DNA of 63,068 nucleotides, counting the filler, from Hyphochytrium catenoides (Eukaryota > Protista > Hyphochytriomycota): NCBI GenBank assembly GCA_900088475.1. It is 10 parts of 10 records of this genome, joined end to end, with 100 filler letters (N's around TTAATTAATTAA, not from the genome) between each part and the next. Parts side by side here need not be neighbours in the genome. Positions count along the whole stretch, not along the records: positions 60,789 to 61,885 come from FLMG01002147.1; positions 61,986 to 63,068 come from FLMG01001462.1; 8 more parts are not named here. The stretch is one strand, 5' to 3'. A program made the position numbers and the translations under genes. Shown in pieces: positions 61,552 to 63,068 of this stretch (the stretch's first letter is position 1; each line of letters opens with the position of its first letter). The notes beneath the pieces were generated by a model that was not told the DNA's origin, made no database searches, and saw only the letters and a program-made list of their open reading frames with translations.

Positions 61552-61642
61552 GTGAGTGCAAGCGCTCCTTCTATTGTCTCTGCTCTGTAGGACTCTCTCT
61601 GCTCTCGGGGGCCGTCGCACTACTTTCTTCGCTTCTGGCCAT

Positions 61643-61689
<47 letters not shown>

Positions 61690-61985
61690 ACAGAGAGCAG
61701 TCAGAGATATGGCGAAGAGTGGCCCTCAAAGGCTGAATTCTTTTAAACTACGCTCTTCCTCTACTTTCCTTTCTCTTGCACGGCATCGCCCGCCATCATC
61801 ACTTAACTTCGCTTCTCTCCAATCTCCCTCTCTCTCTCTATCTCTCTCTCCCTCTCTCTTCCTCTCTCCCTCCCTCTTTTCTCTCNNNNNNNNNNNNNNN
61901 NNNNNNNNNNNNNNNNNNNNNNNNNNNNNTTAATTAATTAANNNNNNNNNNNNNNNNNNNNNNNNNNNNNNNNNNNNNNNNNNNN

Positions 61986-62982
61986 TTTCGTGGTTATGAT
62001 ATCAAAGCTACAAGGGATGGAGGATTACCCTGTTTGGTGATTGAAGATGGAGGCTTATCTCGATGAACTGAATCTCCTTCATCATGTTGACGGGAGCCAA
62101 GGATCCCCCCCTGATATCTCCTCGAAGAACAAGTCCATGTCTACGTCTAGGGCTACGATGCAGCCCTCTTGGCTAAAGAATGACAAAAGGGCATTCAACA
62201 AGATTGTTTTGGCAGTGGCTGATGACATTATTCCACTTCTACCTCGTAGAGGAACTGCGAGAGAAGCTTGGCTCAAACTGGAAGAATCTTTTGAGAGCAG
62301 AAGCGCAAACAACATTGTGACTACTCTTACCTCCTTCTTATCGGCAAAGGCAGATGAAGAACAAGACCTTAGCCTATTCCTGTGCGAGCAGAGAAGAAAA
62401 CTTGAGTTACTTCGAGAAATGATGGAGAAGAAAGATTTCTACGACAACCTCTACAAAGCCGCAGTACTTATGGCCCTTCCACCCTCATATGAAGGTATTG
62501 CTCAAGCCATCCAAGTGCGTGAAACGGGGGAACTATGTGCAAGTGCCATAGACGACATTCTTATCGGAGAACAACACCGAAGACGTGCTATGCGCACTAC
62601 CAACAAGAGTTATGACGAAGAAGAAAGCTTTGCAGCATACACTCTACATCAACAAAAGATAAAGGAACCTCACCATCACCGTCATCACGAGACCAAGAAC
62701 AAGGCTCATCCAGGGTNNNNNNNNNNNNNNNNNNNNNNNNNNNNNNNNNNNNNNNNNNNNNNNNNNNNNNNNNNNNGTCGCAGCCATCCTTCAGAGAAAT
62801 GCTGGGAACTCGAGCAGAACGCTCATCACAGACCGCCTTTGTGGAAATCACGCTCTAAAAGGAATCTGTCAAAAGCTTTGAAGAAAATTATTGATTTATC
62901 TTCATCAAAGAAGAAGACCTCTTATCGTGAAGCAGTCAAGGAACTACTGAGAAGAACTGAAGAACAACCAGCTCATCACTAA
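61986..62982 (+). mobile_element. Ty1/copia retrotransposon gag (UBN2-type), defective
   Basis: KLQGMEDYPVW*LKMEAYL..L...VDG, WLKNDKRAFNKIVLAV, TAREAWLKLEESFE, VLMALPPSYE, and a zinc-knuckle remnant HPSEKCW after an N gap; in-frame TGA at 62038-62040. Confidence 0.88.
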
Positions 62983-63068
62983 GGAAACATCTCAACAACC
63001 AACTAAACTATCTCTTTCTGAAGAGGAAGCACGGACAGGAGTCAACCAACATCAAGGTCCCAAGGATC

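Overview
Eukaryotic nuclear DNA, probably a ciliated stramenopile (inferred from KAP3 and from the type of proteasome, F-box/SPRY and ankyrin genes; not proven). It is not one contiguous locus. Ten short scaffolds are joined by nine identical 100-bp artificial spacers (N44-TTAATTAATTAA-N44). Introns and intergenic DNA are saturated with (CT)n/(GA)n microsatellites, so most ORFs in the supplied track (poly-LS, poly-ER) are artefacts. Manual GT-AG splicing recovers these genes: a DENN-domain Rab GEF, a TPR-like + DUF2905-like membrane protein, a PH-domain fragment, an RGS-like fragment, an ankyrin-repeat ORF, KAP3, a large coiled-coil protein, a C2+DEP protein, an F-box/SPRY protein, a BT1 folate-biopterin transporter, ATG8, a secreted tandem CBM6-like protein, a PSMB2/PRE1-type proteasome beta subunit, a second coiled-coil gene and lipoate-protein ligase. 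Mobile DNA comprises a dead FAR1/MULE transposase folded into a ~320-bp inverted repeat (Mu-killer-like architecture), a solo LTR with a 4-bp TSD, a decayed Ty3/gypsy gag and a Ty1/copia gag. The most notable signal is in the MULE foldback. Its two arms differ by as many short indels (7, six of them exact 2-3-bp tandem duplications) as substitutions (7), which suggests a strong micro-duplication mutational process. No rRNA, tRNA or CRISPR array was recognised.
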